Program-made: the position numbers and the translations under genes
Assembly: GCA_951406725.2 (NCBI GenBank)
Contig: OX597825.1
Span: 65,162,001 to 65,226,000, forward strand
Direction of reading: 5' to 3'
DNA length: 64,000 nucleotides
Origin: Octopus vulgaris
Lineage: Eukaryota
The notes under the pieces: model-generated
Seen by the model: the letters and a program-made list of their open reading frames with translations, nothing else
What the model was told of the DNA's origin: nothing
The model's database searches: none
Shown here: one piece after another, positions 41,608-55,796 of the stretch
Layout of the letters: every line of letters starts with the position of its first letter
How positions within the stretch are numbered: position 1 is the stretch's first letter

Positions 41608-41749
41608 GAGTCAACGAGATGGAGTACAGTTCGACATTTATAAGTAATCACTACAATTGTTTCCACGCTAGGTAGCTCTCCAGATTTGCAGGAATTTGGT
41701 TATATCACCGTTTTACAAATAAATGTCCAACTGTACTCCTTGTTGACTC
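41608..41749 (-). mobile_element. Small foldback pLTR-like remnant with degenerate hammerhead (41648-41686, -)
   Basis: Inverted arms 41608-41641 and 41719-41749. Minus strand CTGGAGA-gcta-cc-tagc-gtg-GAAA-caatt-GTA. Confidence 0.5.
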
Positions 41750-42309
41750 CAACGCATTCTGTTATCCATTCACACACTACAGAAGCCCCAACACAAATCT
41801 GGCCATGATTATGATACTACTACTGGATAACACCTGTGAAATCTGAAGGTGGATGTGCTTCATACAGTACATTATTACTCTCTTAACAAAACACACACAC
41901 ACGCAGGCAGACATACACACATACACTCACATATACACAGTATAGAGATATTCAAAAAACATTTACGTAGAAAAAAGCTCGAAATGTTTGACATATTTTT
42001 ATAACCGTATTTGCTTTGAAACTCATCTTTCAAAAGATTTATTTCACATTCTCGAAGCTTCTCCACTTTCCCGATGTAAACATGTGTATGCACCTGCGGT
42101 GCGATGTCTGCATCGCAATGGAAGGGCTGTAAGATATATTAAAAAAATATATGTAACGCAAATTAAACACTATCATAGACAGAACTCAATACGTTGCATA
42201 GAGAGAACAGACAGGTCGTGAACAGCCAAGCCCAGCGTGAAACTCTGAGTAGTATGCCAAAGTTTTCAGTAATAAATACATCAACAGAGATGTATTCACA
42301 TACACATAC

Positions 42310-42371
<62 letters not shown>

Positions 42372-42439
42372 AAATATATATATATATATGTATATACACT
42401 CTGTGTGTGTATGCATGCATAGATATACATATTCTTTTA

Positions 42440-42641
42440 GATTTTACTTGTTTCAGGTATCTCACTGCGGTCATGCTGGAGCACCGCCTTTAGTCGGACA
42501 AATCGACACCCAGAACTTATTCTTTGTAAGTCTAGTACTTATTCTGTCGGTGTCTTTGGCCGAATCGTAAAGTCACGGGGACGTAAACACATCAATATCG
42601 GCTGTCAATTGATGGAGAGTGACAAACACAGACACACACAC

Positions 42642-42645
<4 letters not shown>
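42440..42645 (-). mobile_element. SINE type A 3' half, ending at the internal microsatellite
   Basis: Matches 24325-24535. Confidence 0.88.
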
Positions 42646-42680
<35 letters not shown>

Positions 42681-42798
42681 ATATGAGGGAGTATTATTCC
42701 TAACTTACAGGGAAAAATTCAATTAAGAAATACTAAATCAAATTTCACAAAATATAATATATATATTCACATACAAACACACACACACACACACACAC

Positions 42799-42857
<59 letters not shown>

Positions 42858-42891
42858 TATATGTAAGTTTTTTTTCTAATTCACATATATA

Positions 42892-43398
42892 TCTATATAT
42901 ATAAAACTCTAGTTGTGTGAGTGTCTGTCCCCTTCGATTTAGATTCCTAACTCCTCCCACATTTTGCGGTGCAGTTTAACCAAATTCGGGTATCTTATAG
43001 TCGTGATTCATATCGAGCCCGTCTGACTATTAGCGCGAGTCAACGATGAGTCTACGATTTTAAAAATAATTTAACATCATTTTTTATTCCATTTTAATGC
43101 ATAAAATGCATCGTATGTCGACGGCGGCGGAGTTGGCGTCCACGCTCACAGCTGCGCCTGTTTGCTTCTCCCCCTTCCCTCCCTCGTGAAGCTGTGGGGA
43201 AGGGAGTGTAAAGAAATCAACGTCGTAATGCATTGTGAAGGAAACCAGCGTTCTTTTAGAACAACGACTTCATGGCTTGAAGACATCAAAACAAAAATGG
43301 CTAAGAAAGCCCGAATTTATAAGGGAAGTAACTCTCTAAAAAAGCTTATATAGTTATTTCCCTTACAAACACCGAGCAACGCCGGGCAATACTGCTAG
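42892..43398 (+). mobile_element. Non-autonomous Helitron (about 507 bp)
   Basis: A|TCTATATATATAAA 5' end, subterminal GC hairpin ccgagcaacgccgg, CTAG|T 3' end, no TSD. Confidence 0.8.
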
Positions 43399-43919
43399 TA
43401 TATATATAAATATATATATATACATGCGTGTTTGTGCTTACACATCCTGCCACGGACCGGCATCCCGCCAACTGAGGAATGTATATATGCCACAGAATCC
43501 AGGAAATAGGTCTTATGATATTATGGCTCGGGAAGGACTCTTTGTATACATATATATGCAATGCAGAAGAGTATATGGCATAGAGAAAAGTACGCATCTC
43601 TGAATAATTTCAGTGTGTAAATTGTATAGTTAATAAAAAGAACATCAATATATGATTTTCCCCAGTTCCCAAATTTAATTTCCAAGAGAAGTAGGCTTCA
43701 TTATTTTCTTAGTCTTTCTCTGCATTTTACCACTAAACATATTCCTTTATACCAGCATATAAAATGCAATTTGAGCCTTTTATTGATTAAGCACGATTTA
43801 CATCTGGCTTTTATGTTCGAGATTTAATACGTGATATATTTTACATTTCCATTTCCATGTTAGTGTGTCAGTGCTTAGCCATCACCAGTGTTCTTAAATA
43901 ATGATGGAGAAGACATATG

Positions 43920-43972
<53 letters not shown>

Positions 43973-44026
43973 GCATATATATATAAAAATACATATGCAA
44001 ATGCATATATATATATATATATATAC

Positions 44027-44091
44027 ATGCAATTACAGATATAGATATACAAATATAAATGTTATGTATATGTCTATATATATGCATATGT

Positions 44092-44138
<47 letters not shown>

Positions 44139-44192
44139 GCATATATATAGACATATACATAACATTTATATTTGTATATCTATATCTGTAAT

Positions 44193-44197
<5 letters not shown>
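44027..44197. repeat. Perfect 63-bp inverted repeat around a (TA)n spacer
   Basis: 44027-44089 is the exact reverse complement of 44135-44197. Confidence 0.92.
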
Positions 44198-44239
<42 letters not shown>

Positions 44240-44419
44240 GTAAAATAGTGATAATCCGTTTACCGCAGTTCTCTTCATTCATCTTAACCATTTCATATTG
44301 CGGTGTTCGACATTTGTTACGTTTATACCCACATTTTAGATTAGTTCAAATATGATTACTACATATCTTAACCTCTCAATGCAAAACTCACTGCATTTTA
44401 CCGCGGTGGAAAATTTCTC

Positions 44420-44626
44420 GCTTATGGTAAAATGTGTGCAAACACCTTGTTTGCTCAATTTCACTCCTATCGTATTTCTGGACACGTTTATGGATCTTTA
44501 GCCTTCTTCAGTAGGAGGTGCCTCTCAACACTGCTTAGCGCTACTAGTGCTATATATTCATGCATAACAATATGTGCATATGTACACAGATTCAAATATT
44601 CACGCGCATCTATAAAGTTGTATCTA

Positions 44627-44665
<39 letters not shown>

Positions 44666-44775
44666 ATCCTCGCCACTCACTATCCCTGCTTTTAATATAG
44701 TATCCTGCCTTCCATTACTCATGAATACGACTCCGAGATACTTAAAATTCTCCACCTCTTTCAGTGATGTTGCAC
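44420..44775 (-). mobile_element. Decayed RTE-like LINE RT fragment interrupted by (TA)n
   Basis: LKEVENFKYLGVVFMSNGRQD (ORF 44624-44848) is the FKYLG RT motif; LSSVERHLLL follows downstream. Confidence 0.6.
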
Positions 44776-45866
44776 TAACAAGCAGTGTAAAGTAGGATGT
44801 GTTTCTTGAGGGGACGAAAGTGACAGACATCGTAACACTAATTCTCATCCTTGATTTAATTTACAGCAGCGCACATTGAACCCATTCAGTGCATGCTAGA
44901 TTCATTTCAGATGGACCAAGTAACACATTGACGTCTGTAAATATCAGCCGACCGATTGTGAAAGCACTTCTACATTGGTAGTGTATGTCAATCCAGTTCA
45001 TTAAAATATTATGCCGAAGGAACGGTTTCGACATATGACCATTTATCCTAAAACAAGCATCTGGGTATTCATAAAAGGGTTTCACCCCGCCACAGATACA
45101 CACACAAAACAACAACAATATCAACAACAACGACGGCAACGCCGACGATTACAACCACACACGCACACACATATACATGTACGTGTGTGTGGGGGGGGGC
45201 AGATCCGTCTAATGCTTTTGATGACTAGTAATCCAATGCAGCCATTTGCGTGGGCAGGGCATCGGCAACTAAACCGACAACCGCACTAAGCATGCTTGGT
45301 GAGAAGGACCATTTTTGGACACACTGCTGGATGAAAAACAAGACCTGTCCATAGGCGGAGGAACCCAGTTGAGTGAACGGTGATCAAATGTAGTCAAGTG
45401 ATGATCGTGCTAATTAGCCGTAATGAAGGCAGTCCATCTAAGAGATCTAAAATCTGTGAAATAAGAAACGTTCTCCGAACACTTGCAACCAACCGATACT
45501 ATTTTGCACAAAAATACTATGATATGAAAATGTTTCACGCCATTGGCCTGTCTGAGTTATTTCATTTAAATCTTTTTCGTTTTGATTATGCAAATTACTA
45601 ATTAAACAGAACAACACAATTAGAAATGTTCCTTGCTTGCAGACAAAACCAGACTGGCCTTTCGTTAAATATGCAAATTAAATCGAGAAATTAATTGTTG
45701 ATTTATTGAAATCGCCTTAATTAAGCTTTTAGAGTTGCTAGCACATGCCAGTAGTACATAAGCATTTTCCCGTCATATACATGCCAATAATTGTGTACTA
45801 CAGTGAATATATGCCGGTTTATCATTACATACATACAGACTTATGAATGTACATACATACATACAA

Positions 45867-45939
<73 letters not shown>

Positions 45940-45946
45940 GATATAT

Positions 45947-46280
45947 GAAGGGCGCATGTCTCAGTGGTTAGAGTGTCGAGCTTACGATCGTGAGGTTGTG
46001 AGTTCGAATCCCGGACCCGGCTGCGTATTGTATTCTTGAGCAAGACACTGTATTTCACGTTGCTCCAGTTCGCTCGGCTGTACAAATGAGATGCGACGTC
46101 ACAAGTGCCAAGCCTTATCGGCCCTTGCCTTTCCCTTGGATAACATCTGTGACATGGAGAGAGAGCCTGGTATGCATGGGCGACTGCTGGTCTTCCATAA
46201 ACAACCCTGCCCGGACTTGTTCCTAGAAGGGTAACATTCTAGGTGCAATCCCATGGTCAATCATGACCAAAAGGGGTCTC
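45947..46280 (+). mobile_element. Full-length tRNA-derived SINE type D
   Basis: A box tgtctcagtggttag, B box gagttcgaatccc, core ttcttgagcaagacactgtatttcacgttgctccagttc; inserted in TA-rich repeats. Confidence 0.88.
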
Positions 46281-46309
46281 AGCAGCATATATATCTATCT
46301 ATCTATCTA

Positions 46310-46355
<46 letters not shown>

Positions 46356-46710
46356 AAATAATTTATGACAAACAGTAAGTTGTCACTATAGTACTCGGAG
46401 TTTCAAATGTCGGAGGGAAGAACTACCATGCGTTCTCGTTTGCTGATAATGGCAATAGACGCTGTGAAAATCCGTTGAGTAAAAGGGAAGTTACTCTAAT
46501 AGGTAGAAATAAAGAAAAAAACAAAAAAGATGAAAAATTCACGCAACCATATTCTCACAATGCATAGACATAAAACCTCCTGCGTTCATAACATTCACAT
46601 GCGTACACACACACACAAACATGTATATGTACATGCACATACACGCAAACATATATGTGCATGTACGTAATAGCGCAGTCTCATTCTTTTGTTATCATTT
46701 TTTATTATTA

Positions 46711-46756
<46 letters not shown>

Positions 46757-47974
46757 GATATATTCCTACATGTGTAAATGCATACACACATGCACAAACA
46801 TATGTTCATATGTAAGTGTATGCCTGTATGTATGTATGTATGTACGTACGTAAGCATCTGTGTGCCGTGGAGTTTGGATAATAATACTTATAACTTTACA
46901 CAGTAGGGAACGAAAATTGTTGGTTATACGAAAATATTAAATATGAATAGAAGAAGACACGTGTCTGTAATGAAAGCTATCGTAAATTTCTCTAGTTGAA
47001 ATTCATGTGATGTGAGAGTTAGAAATATTTATAATGCAGCCGTTGCTTAACCATAGTCCATGCCATACGCGCCGACATATAATCAAAGCCATTCTCGTTG
47101 TGACCATCCAATTTCATCTTTTCTAATGCGCAAGAATACGAGTGCTTGATTATGCGGATGCTTTCACAGTGGGGTCGAACAATGGGCCAAGCAGATGTGA
47201 AACAAATTTAATCATTTAAGTAAAACAGCCCCTATATCTATATTAACCAGTTTTAGAATTAGTTCGAACACGAGACGGAAAATTTGAGAAAAGGTTTATT
47301 TAACTATACTGTCAAGATTCAAAGCTACCTCATTGTTGTACATAATTATTATAGAGCAGAATTATACATGTCGGAAATCTCCAACCTCACCCACCAGATA
47401 AAAGAAATGGTGAAATCAGTTCCGTTTTCCCTCGAAATATGGTGGTCAGCCCGATTTTGTTGTAGAATACGCGATACGCACGCATCTGATCGCTGTCATG
47501 CATATCATAGCTCCATAAATTATTCCTTCAGTAAAACTATAGACCTAATAAGATATTAATATAAGAAAAGCAGTTTCCATGATGGTAAATTGCAGCTGTG
47601 TAAAATAAATAATGCAGTGTGTCTGGCGTCTATTTTATGTGCGCCTAATTCACATTGATAATAGCATAGCTGAAACAAATTTGCACACAATAAATCAATA
47701 AGGGAAAATGAATAATAGTAGGTTCTAGAGTTCATGCGTTTTAGTAACACCTTAAAATTATCTTAAGTCTAACAGAAAAACTGTCGAACAACAACAACAG
47801 ACGAAAATATCTTAAACAAAAGCTCAAACTAAGTAAAATAGAAAGCATATTCTCTCATTGAAGTAATCTTTGGAAGAAGTAAGATGTTTGTTAAACAATC
47901 TATGAAGATACCAATCAGATGAATATAGCAAATATGAATGTAAATCAAAGACTACAATATATTTTAGTTTCAAA

Positions 47975-48720
47975 TTTAGGCACGAAGGCCATAATTCCGA
48001 GGGCGGTGGTGAGTCGATTAAATGGGACACAGTAATCAAATAGTACTGTACTTATCTTATCGGTACTGAAAGGATGAAAGGCAAAGTCGGCCTCGGTGGA
48101 ATTTGAACTCAGAACATAAAAACGGACGTAATGCTGCTAAGCATTTTTCCCGGTGTACTAACGATTCTGCCAGCGTGCCGCCTTGTAAGGATAACTATTG
48201 GTTTCACATTTTGGCACAAGGCCAGTAATTTCTGGGACGGAGTAACTTGGTTATATCGACCCCGGTGCTCAACTGGTACTTATTTTATCGGCTCCGAAAG
48301 AATAAAAGGCAAAGCCGGTCACGGCGACGTTTAAACTCAGAAGTTAAAGACCGACGAGATTCTGCAAAGCATTTTTTCCCCGAGTGTAAACAAAATCTTT
48401 TTCTACTCTAGGCACAAGGACCAAAATTTGGTGGGGGCACCAGTGGATTAGATCGAACCCAGTACGCAACTAGTACTTAATTCATCGAAATGATGAAAGG
48501 CAAAGTCAACCTCTGTGGAATTTGAACTCAGAACATAAAGACAGACGAAATACTGCTAAGCATTTCGCCCGACGTGCTAACGTTTCTTATTTCTTTATTG
48601 CCTACAAGGGGCTAAACTTAGAGGGAAGAAACAAGGACAGACAAAGGGATTAAGTTGATTACATTGACCCCAGTGCGTATCTGGTACTTAATTTATCGAC
48701 CATAGCTCGTCGACCATAAA
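47975..48720 (-). mobile_element. Cluster of four same-orientation SINE type C copies or fragments
   Basis: aaggcaaag(t/c)c...gaactcagaa recurs at about 48080, 48308 and 48500, plus a 3'-tail insert at 48587-48705. Confidence 0.85.
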
Positions 48721-50241
48721 CAATGAATAAAAAAGAATGCTTAATTACTTTTTATTCCTCTGTTTTGTGTATTTTTTTTATCCATCAGTAAAACATGAAC
48801 GTTTCATCAAAAGTGTTTGAATTGACTGCGGGAATACTACAAAAAAATTAATTTATATTGTTACGCTTTTGTGAGCAGTGAAGATTTCGAGAATTTGATA
48901 GCTTTTATTTGGAAAGTGTTAACTCCTGATCTGATCAATGATACTTAAAGCAAGTGGAACAGAACTTATCTTGTCCAGGCTCAAGTGTTAAACAGAACAG
49001 CTGTGTTTATAACAAACAATCTGCGCACTTTTGCTTGAATAATTTATGACAACTATTTCCTAAATTCAAGAAGGGTGAAAAACAAAAGTCGTTGCGTTAA
49101 AATAGCAAACGGAAAGAATTGAGTTAAGTACTCAAGAAACAAACCGGAGAAACGATTTATTACAAATGCACTAAGAAATAGGCGATTTATATGACACAAA
49201 TAGCATTTTGATGATGAATATTACCTTTGTCAAAAGAGGAAACACTAACTAAAACAGTAAAAAGAAAAGGAAAACGTAAGTGGACTGAAGTGCAGAATAT
49301 TTTACATCATTTATCTAACATCCATTCCTTTTCTAGACTAACAACTTTATAGTACCCAATCAATTTTCTTAGCAAGAACATTAATCTTCAATTTTTACTC
49401 GTATTTCTGCATTCTTCTCTGCACGCTATAACGAACAACCATGTTATTTCTGTGACTAATGTCTACAGACATTTTAAATCAATCTTCACAGTGTTTACAC
49501 CTGATGTTTCACGGAGAAATTTTAAGCATTTTGGTTATAAGTGTAAAAAAAAGGTTGGTATGGAAAAGATATCCAAGGACAAAATAATAGATTTACTAAC
49601 CGGAAAGACATGGTTGTTGTAGACCTTTGCGGTATTTTGTTTTATGAAATTATTCCTTTGGTAAATCGTTTTGAAGAGAGATTCAAAACTAATGCCAAAA
49701 CAAAGACAGTAACAACAATATTAGTTATAGCGATGATGAATAAGAGAAGAAGAATAAGACACAGACGAACAAAAAGCAAAACAGGAGGATAATCATAAAA
49801 GAGTATTTATAGTAATTCAGAAGCAGAGATTTTAAGAATTAGAAAACACTGAATATGATGTTACATTATTAATAATTTATCGAATAACATTATCGCAAAC
49901 ATTCTAACAAACTGAGGATGACCGTCAAAGCAAATAACTTGCCAAGAATTTCTTAAGATGGCTTAAATGTCTTAACCACAAATAAACAAATTCGACCACA
50001 GCTTAGTGTCCAAGTGTCGTTTTAATACTTGATAGTAAGATTCTTAACATGTCCATAAAGCATTAATTAGTGATTTATTAATTACATTGATAAGAACCAG
50101 CTTTAGATCACGTCTAATTTTATGATACAAAACTTCGCCGTATAAAGTGATTCTATATAGAGTTCGACCATTCGTTCGATATCTATGTAGGAAATTTTAT
50201 TATTAGCAAACTCTTGTTTAATATTGGTAATGTTTTTAAAC

Positions 50242-50392
50242 CGGCGAGCTGGCAGAAATCTTAGCATGCCAGGCGAAATGCATAGTGATATTTCGTCTTT
50301 CTTTATGTACTGAGTTCAAATTCCGCTAAGGTCGACTTTCATCCTCTCGGGGTCGATGAATTAAATACCAATTGCGTACCGGGGTCGATCTA
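50242..50392 (+). mobile_element. SINE type C, 3'-truncated
   Basis: cggcgagctggcagaaatcttagcatgccaggcgaaatgc... Confidence 0.85.
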
Positions 50393-50470
50393 TATTCGTA
50401 ATGTTTTACACACACACACAGAAAGATAGAGAGATAGGGAAAGATACATGGAGAGATAGACAAATATTTG

Positions 50471-50515
<45 letters not shown>

Positions 50516-51338
50516 TCATACGTACATATGTATATATATATATATATGTACGTGTGTGTATGTATATTTATATATGTACACACACACACATATATATACA
50601 TACATATATATATTAGTGTGTTTACATATAAGTATATTTATTGCATTAGCCAAACCTAAGGCGATTCTCCAAAGACAATGCACAAGTAAATAATTATGAA
50701 TTAAACTCAAATGTCTTTTAACCATAATTTACGATATTTAATGTAACAATTTCATCAACCTCAGAAGAGAAAACCCATTGTCAGAAATTAGGCTAAGACA
50801 TTATAGGAGAGAATGAAGACCTCCAGGCTGTTATTATATGGTGAACTAGAAATACGTGGCATTCTCCTGGAAAAAAATATATCTTTAGTCGCCAGCAAAA
50901 AAACCCGCACCGTGTTCAAAATATTGACCAGACAAATAATTTCATTATATTGTCGAAATCAGAACTTTTCGCTTTTTATTTATTTTCATTCTCTTTCTCT
51001 CTCACACACATAAGCAGTATTAGTGTATGTTTTAGACTTTATACATTTTTTTCACCTCTTAATTGAACAGAAGCTAGAGAAAAAATAAAGAAGCAAGCAG
51101 GCATTGAAAAATATATAAAATCGAATTGTTTCTCGTGTCTGATAGTGATTTGCTTAAAGTCACTCGCTTTCTCCTCCTTTCTGTCTCCCTGTCTCTCAGT
51201 CTCATATATATATATGTGTGTGTGTGTGTATGTATGTGTGTATGAATGTATGCATGTATGTATGTATGTATGTATGTATGTATGTATGTATGTATGGTAT
51301 GTATGTATGGTATGTATGTATGTGTATATATACATGTG

Positions 51339-51378
<40 letters not shown>

Positions 51379-51416
51379 TGTATGTGTGCGTGTGTAAGTG
51401 TACATGTGTGTGCGCG

Positions 51417-51468
<52 letters not shown>

Positions 51469-52062
51469 TGTATATTTACATATATACCAATGTATATAGG
51501 TAGATATATGTGTTGAATACATGTTTCTGTGTACACGCTCTCACATCACACACATTTGTGTATATATACGTATATATACATATGTATGTAACTATGTATG
51601 TATGTGTGTATGTATGTATGGCATTCTGTTTACTCATTGTTCTATTTGATACAAATTTTAACCCATTTCCTCTCTCAACTTCTCAATGTCTAACTCGATA
51701 TTCAGGGTAGACTTGGAATGCAATTACTGGAAGTTTGTGTTTTTTCTGTGAACTAGTGAAAGGTAACCTTTATCACTAAATCTAGTAAACGTGCCTCTTC
51801 AGAGCTTTGCCTTTCTACGTTTATACCGCAAACATTTAGCGTATACGCACACGTGAGTGCATGTGAGTCTTGCATTCATGTCTACTTATACATACATTTA
51901 TAAAATTTAAGGTAGGTATTCACGTATGTAATTATATACGGGGAAATGCCTCCTATACAGTGTATAATGTTACCTCTCTTAATTTATTAATTCTACTTGT
52001 ATATTCGTATTTTATTAATTATTTTTACATTTCAATTGAAACAAGTTCATTAATCGTATAGC

Positions 52063-52097
<35 letters not shown>

Positions 52098-52316
52098 TAC
52101 ACACACACATGTAGATAGAGATAGCCATATAGATATATGCGTATAATTTTATACGGGTGTGTGTCCATACATGTGTATGTGTACAAATATAAAAATACGT
52201 ATGTCAATTTACATATTTGTATATATAGAATATACATGTGTATATATGTGTATATTGACTCAAAAACACATACACTCACAAACAGATACATATATATGTG
52301 TGTATACATATGTGTA

Positions 52317-52350
<34 letters not shown>

Positions 52351-53324
52351 AGTTTGCCTGTTTTATGATATTTAGAAAAGAATTATTATTATATATTTTT
52401 ATTTTAATATTCTGTACGGCATTATTTGATATTTACTATACTAATATTGCATAAACTAACGCAAATATCTGATATTCGATATTTAAGAGGAACGTTGATA
52501 ACTGATATACAATATTTGATAGAAGCATATTTATTTTTATTTCGTAATGTTCTATTTGGATATTTTTAATAAATGGTATTTGGAAAAACGAATGTTCATA
52601 TCTGATATCGAATATTTGGCAAAGGAAGTTTCTATCTATGACAAATTATATTTTCCAGCGGATGTGTTGATGTTTTATATAAATTTAGCAATGAAAAATC
52701 TGAAATTCAATAAGAAATATAGCCAAATTTTCATATCTAATATTTATTACTTAGTGATTTCGCAACATACTTCAAATATGATCCTCTATAGAAGATAGCA
52801 ATAGAGTTACAATATTATGTTAGTCATCTGAATTTTATTTATTTAATATTTGTTATAACATGTAAAACTAATAATTAATCAAAAGTATTAGACCATAGGA
52901 ATGTTTAGAAATGGAAAAAAAAGTCTTTTACTCATTTACTGGCTTTACATGGCGTATAGCTAAATTTTTTGAAACGAGAGGTCGGAATGGCAGAATGCTG
53001 TTGGGAATAGATAATCCATGTATGCTGTTGTATATTTGTTCCTCAGCAGGAGAAAATAATGCGTGTTTATTTATTAAGAGAAATAAAATATATTTTACCA
53101 ATCACATCCCCTCGTTATTTAACTGGAAAGTACACAGAACTGTTGAAAATCCTGGAATTTATAACTTCATTCACGATACAAAATGTATCAATATCCACCA
53201 AACACATGTTGCACAAGTGTAAAGTGTGTTGATGTGTAGTATGTATATTCTTATTATTAACTGCACTTGAACATTTAAAAGGGATGTATAAATTTTGGAA
53301 ACAAAAAAACGTCAGTTTCAAAGC

Positions 53325-53665
53325 CATCAGTTTTGAAGGTAGGGAGTTAGTCCCTTACATTGCGATGAAAACAAATTTGACCTTGGTGGGGATTAAACTT
53401 AGAATGTAAAAAGCTGGAACAAATGCTAAAAGGCGTTTTTTATTATTTTTTTTTCCCTGAAGCTCTAAGCATTCTGCCATCTTACACGCAAAATAATCAT
53501 TTCTAGTATAATCACGAGCCCTGAAATTCTGGGGTAAGGAGCCGATTTCGTCGACCCCAGTGCTCAAATGATACGTATTTAATCGATCTAGATAGGATAA
53601 AAGGCAAAGTCTACCTGGGTAGAATCTGAACTCAGAACCTAAAAGTGAACGAAATGTCGCTGGTA
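53325..53665 (-). mobile_element. Two old SINE type C copies in tandem
   Basis: tcgaccccagtgctcaa...aaaggcaaagtctacc...tgaactcagaac. Similar old copies lie at 57975-58175 (-) and 63400-63600 (+). Confidence 0.6.
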
Positions 53666-55685
53666 AGAAATAAAAAAAAAACGATATAAGACCAGCGTCA
53701 TCAATATAATAAAATAATGGGAACGACAATAATAATAATAACAATACCATATTATTAATAATAATGAGATTATAAAAGCCCTGGAGTGAATGGCAAAAAT
53801 AAGGGACGTAATGACAATGAACGGCTCCAGACCGAATAGCATCAACTGCGCTGAAACATAAGAGACAGAAACAAAACAAAAATCAAATAAAAAAAACAAC
53901 GCAATAACATTACCGTGTCGAGCGAATTGCATAATTAATCAGCCAAGTAGATGACAATGTTATTCCTATCTTAATTAAATATAATTTATTCATACTTGAT
54001 ATCTTTTTCTTTTTTCTGATTATACCCAAAATATACTGTTTACAATAATATCAATATATGTTGATATCAAACAAGAATCCGATACAAAGGAAACAAAAGC
54101 AACACAGAATAACATATCAAACGTGCCCCACTATACATACATCAACAACTAGTGTACAGTAGGGAACTACCATGTGGGTTCTTGATGTGCTAGAAATAGT
54201 AGCCACATTTCAGTCAAATCATAACTCAACTTTTTATAAAATAATAGATAATGATACGTTGTATAACGTAGCCCAAGACAGTCCCTAAAACAACGGGTTA
54301 GTCGTAGCTGGCGTACCTTTAATTAATGCTCTGCTGTATCACACCCTTCCAATGACATGATATATATGTACGTGGTAGAAATGGCAGCGAAATATCTCTC
54401 AAAAAATTATTGATTTTAAAAAAGACAAAACAAATTGGATAATATAGTCTTAGATCCCCAAGGCCTAAAATGGACGAGATATTAACGACTAAAACACCAT
54501 TGGTCTTATATTTTCTCCATCAGCGTATATTTGTAGTAAATCAACTGCAGAATAGAAAACGCAGGATTTATGAGGTATGTCAGAGTTTGATTTTAATGTG
54601 ATCGTACTTTGAGACATATTTAACATAAATAGCAGATTTGGCAATTCTTTGAAACATTTCATCTCTGTCAAGACGGCCATTTTCCTACCGCCTGAACTTA
54701 TGAAAATAAGCCAGCTTAAAAAAGAAACTTGGGGGAAAAAAACATATTTTACAGCACTACAAGGAAAGTATAATCAGAATTTAGTAACACTATTGTGTTG
54801 GTCTTATGTCTAACATTTTACAGAATGATTTGTCTAAAAGAGTTAAAGCATATAGGCCAACATTACACTCGGGAGGAGATCGATAAGTTATCTAAATATA
54901 AAAGAACTCGAAGTGGGAATAGGCAAGATATTGAGTGTGACAGTAAAATGGTAAGAAAATAACTGCAACCAAGGTATGATAGAAAAGGAAAGAACGCGAT
55001 AACAAATCCTCCATATTTAGACGTAAAAATCTTCTGACAACTTCAAAAATATCTTATCATGCACAGTACGCACTCTACAAAAAAACGTACTTAATTCAAT
55101 AGAAAATACTTTCATGCTGCACATATTATACGCCATCTTTTCTTGACGCAATGAAACACTAAAATAACAGAACAAGAAACAGCATTCCCCGTTACAAAAA
55201 AAATATCCGACATCACAGCAAATTGAATGTAACACCTTCCCACTTTACGAAAGGACAGACAATATTACACACTTCCGAATATAGACTTGCACCTGGTGAT
55301 GCATTGAAGAGAAAAATACTCGCATGAATCTACTGAAAACGTAATTTTAAAATCTTCAGAAAATTTCATAAAAAGAAGCCAAGACGAAAAGTATAACCTT
55401 TTCACCCATTGATAACGTACTTTATATATAAGGTGAAACTTTCTATACATTGCATATTGATAAAATAAACTTATTTCAAAAGTAAGAAAAATCTCGGCAG
55501 ACATTTCCTCAGAGGAACTAAGAGTTGATATGAAATGTATCAAGTTTGTCAAAAACTATATGAGAAAATTTACAAGTTATCAATTGTTGAGAAAATAAAT
55601 GTAGATACTAGATATATGTGTATGTGTGTGTGTGTACGTGTCTGTTTTTGTATTTCTACATACACACCCACACACATATATATAA

Positions 55686-55796
<111 letters not shown>

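Noticed and set aside
45195-45380. GC-richer block that might be an RTE 5' UTR with an HDV-like ribozyme
   Set aside because: I could not build the nested double pseudoknot by eye.
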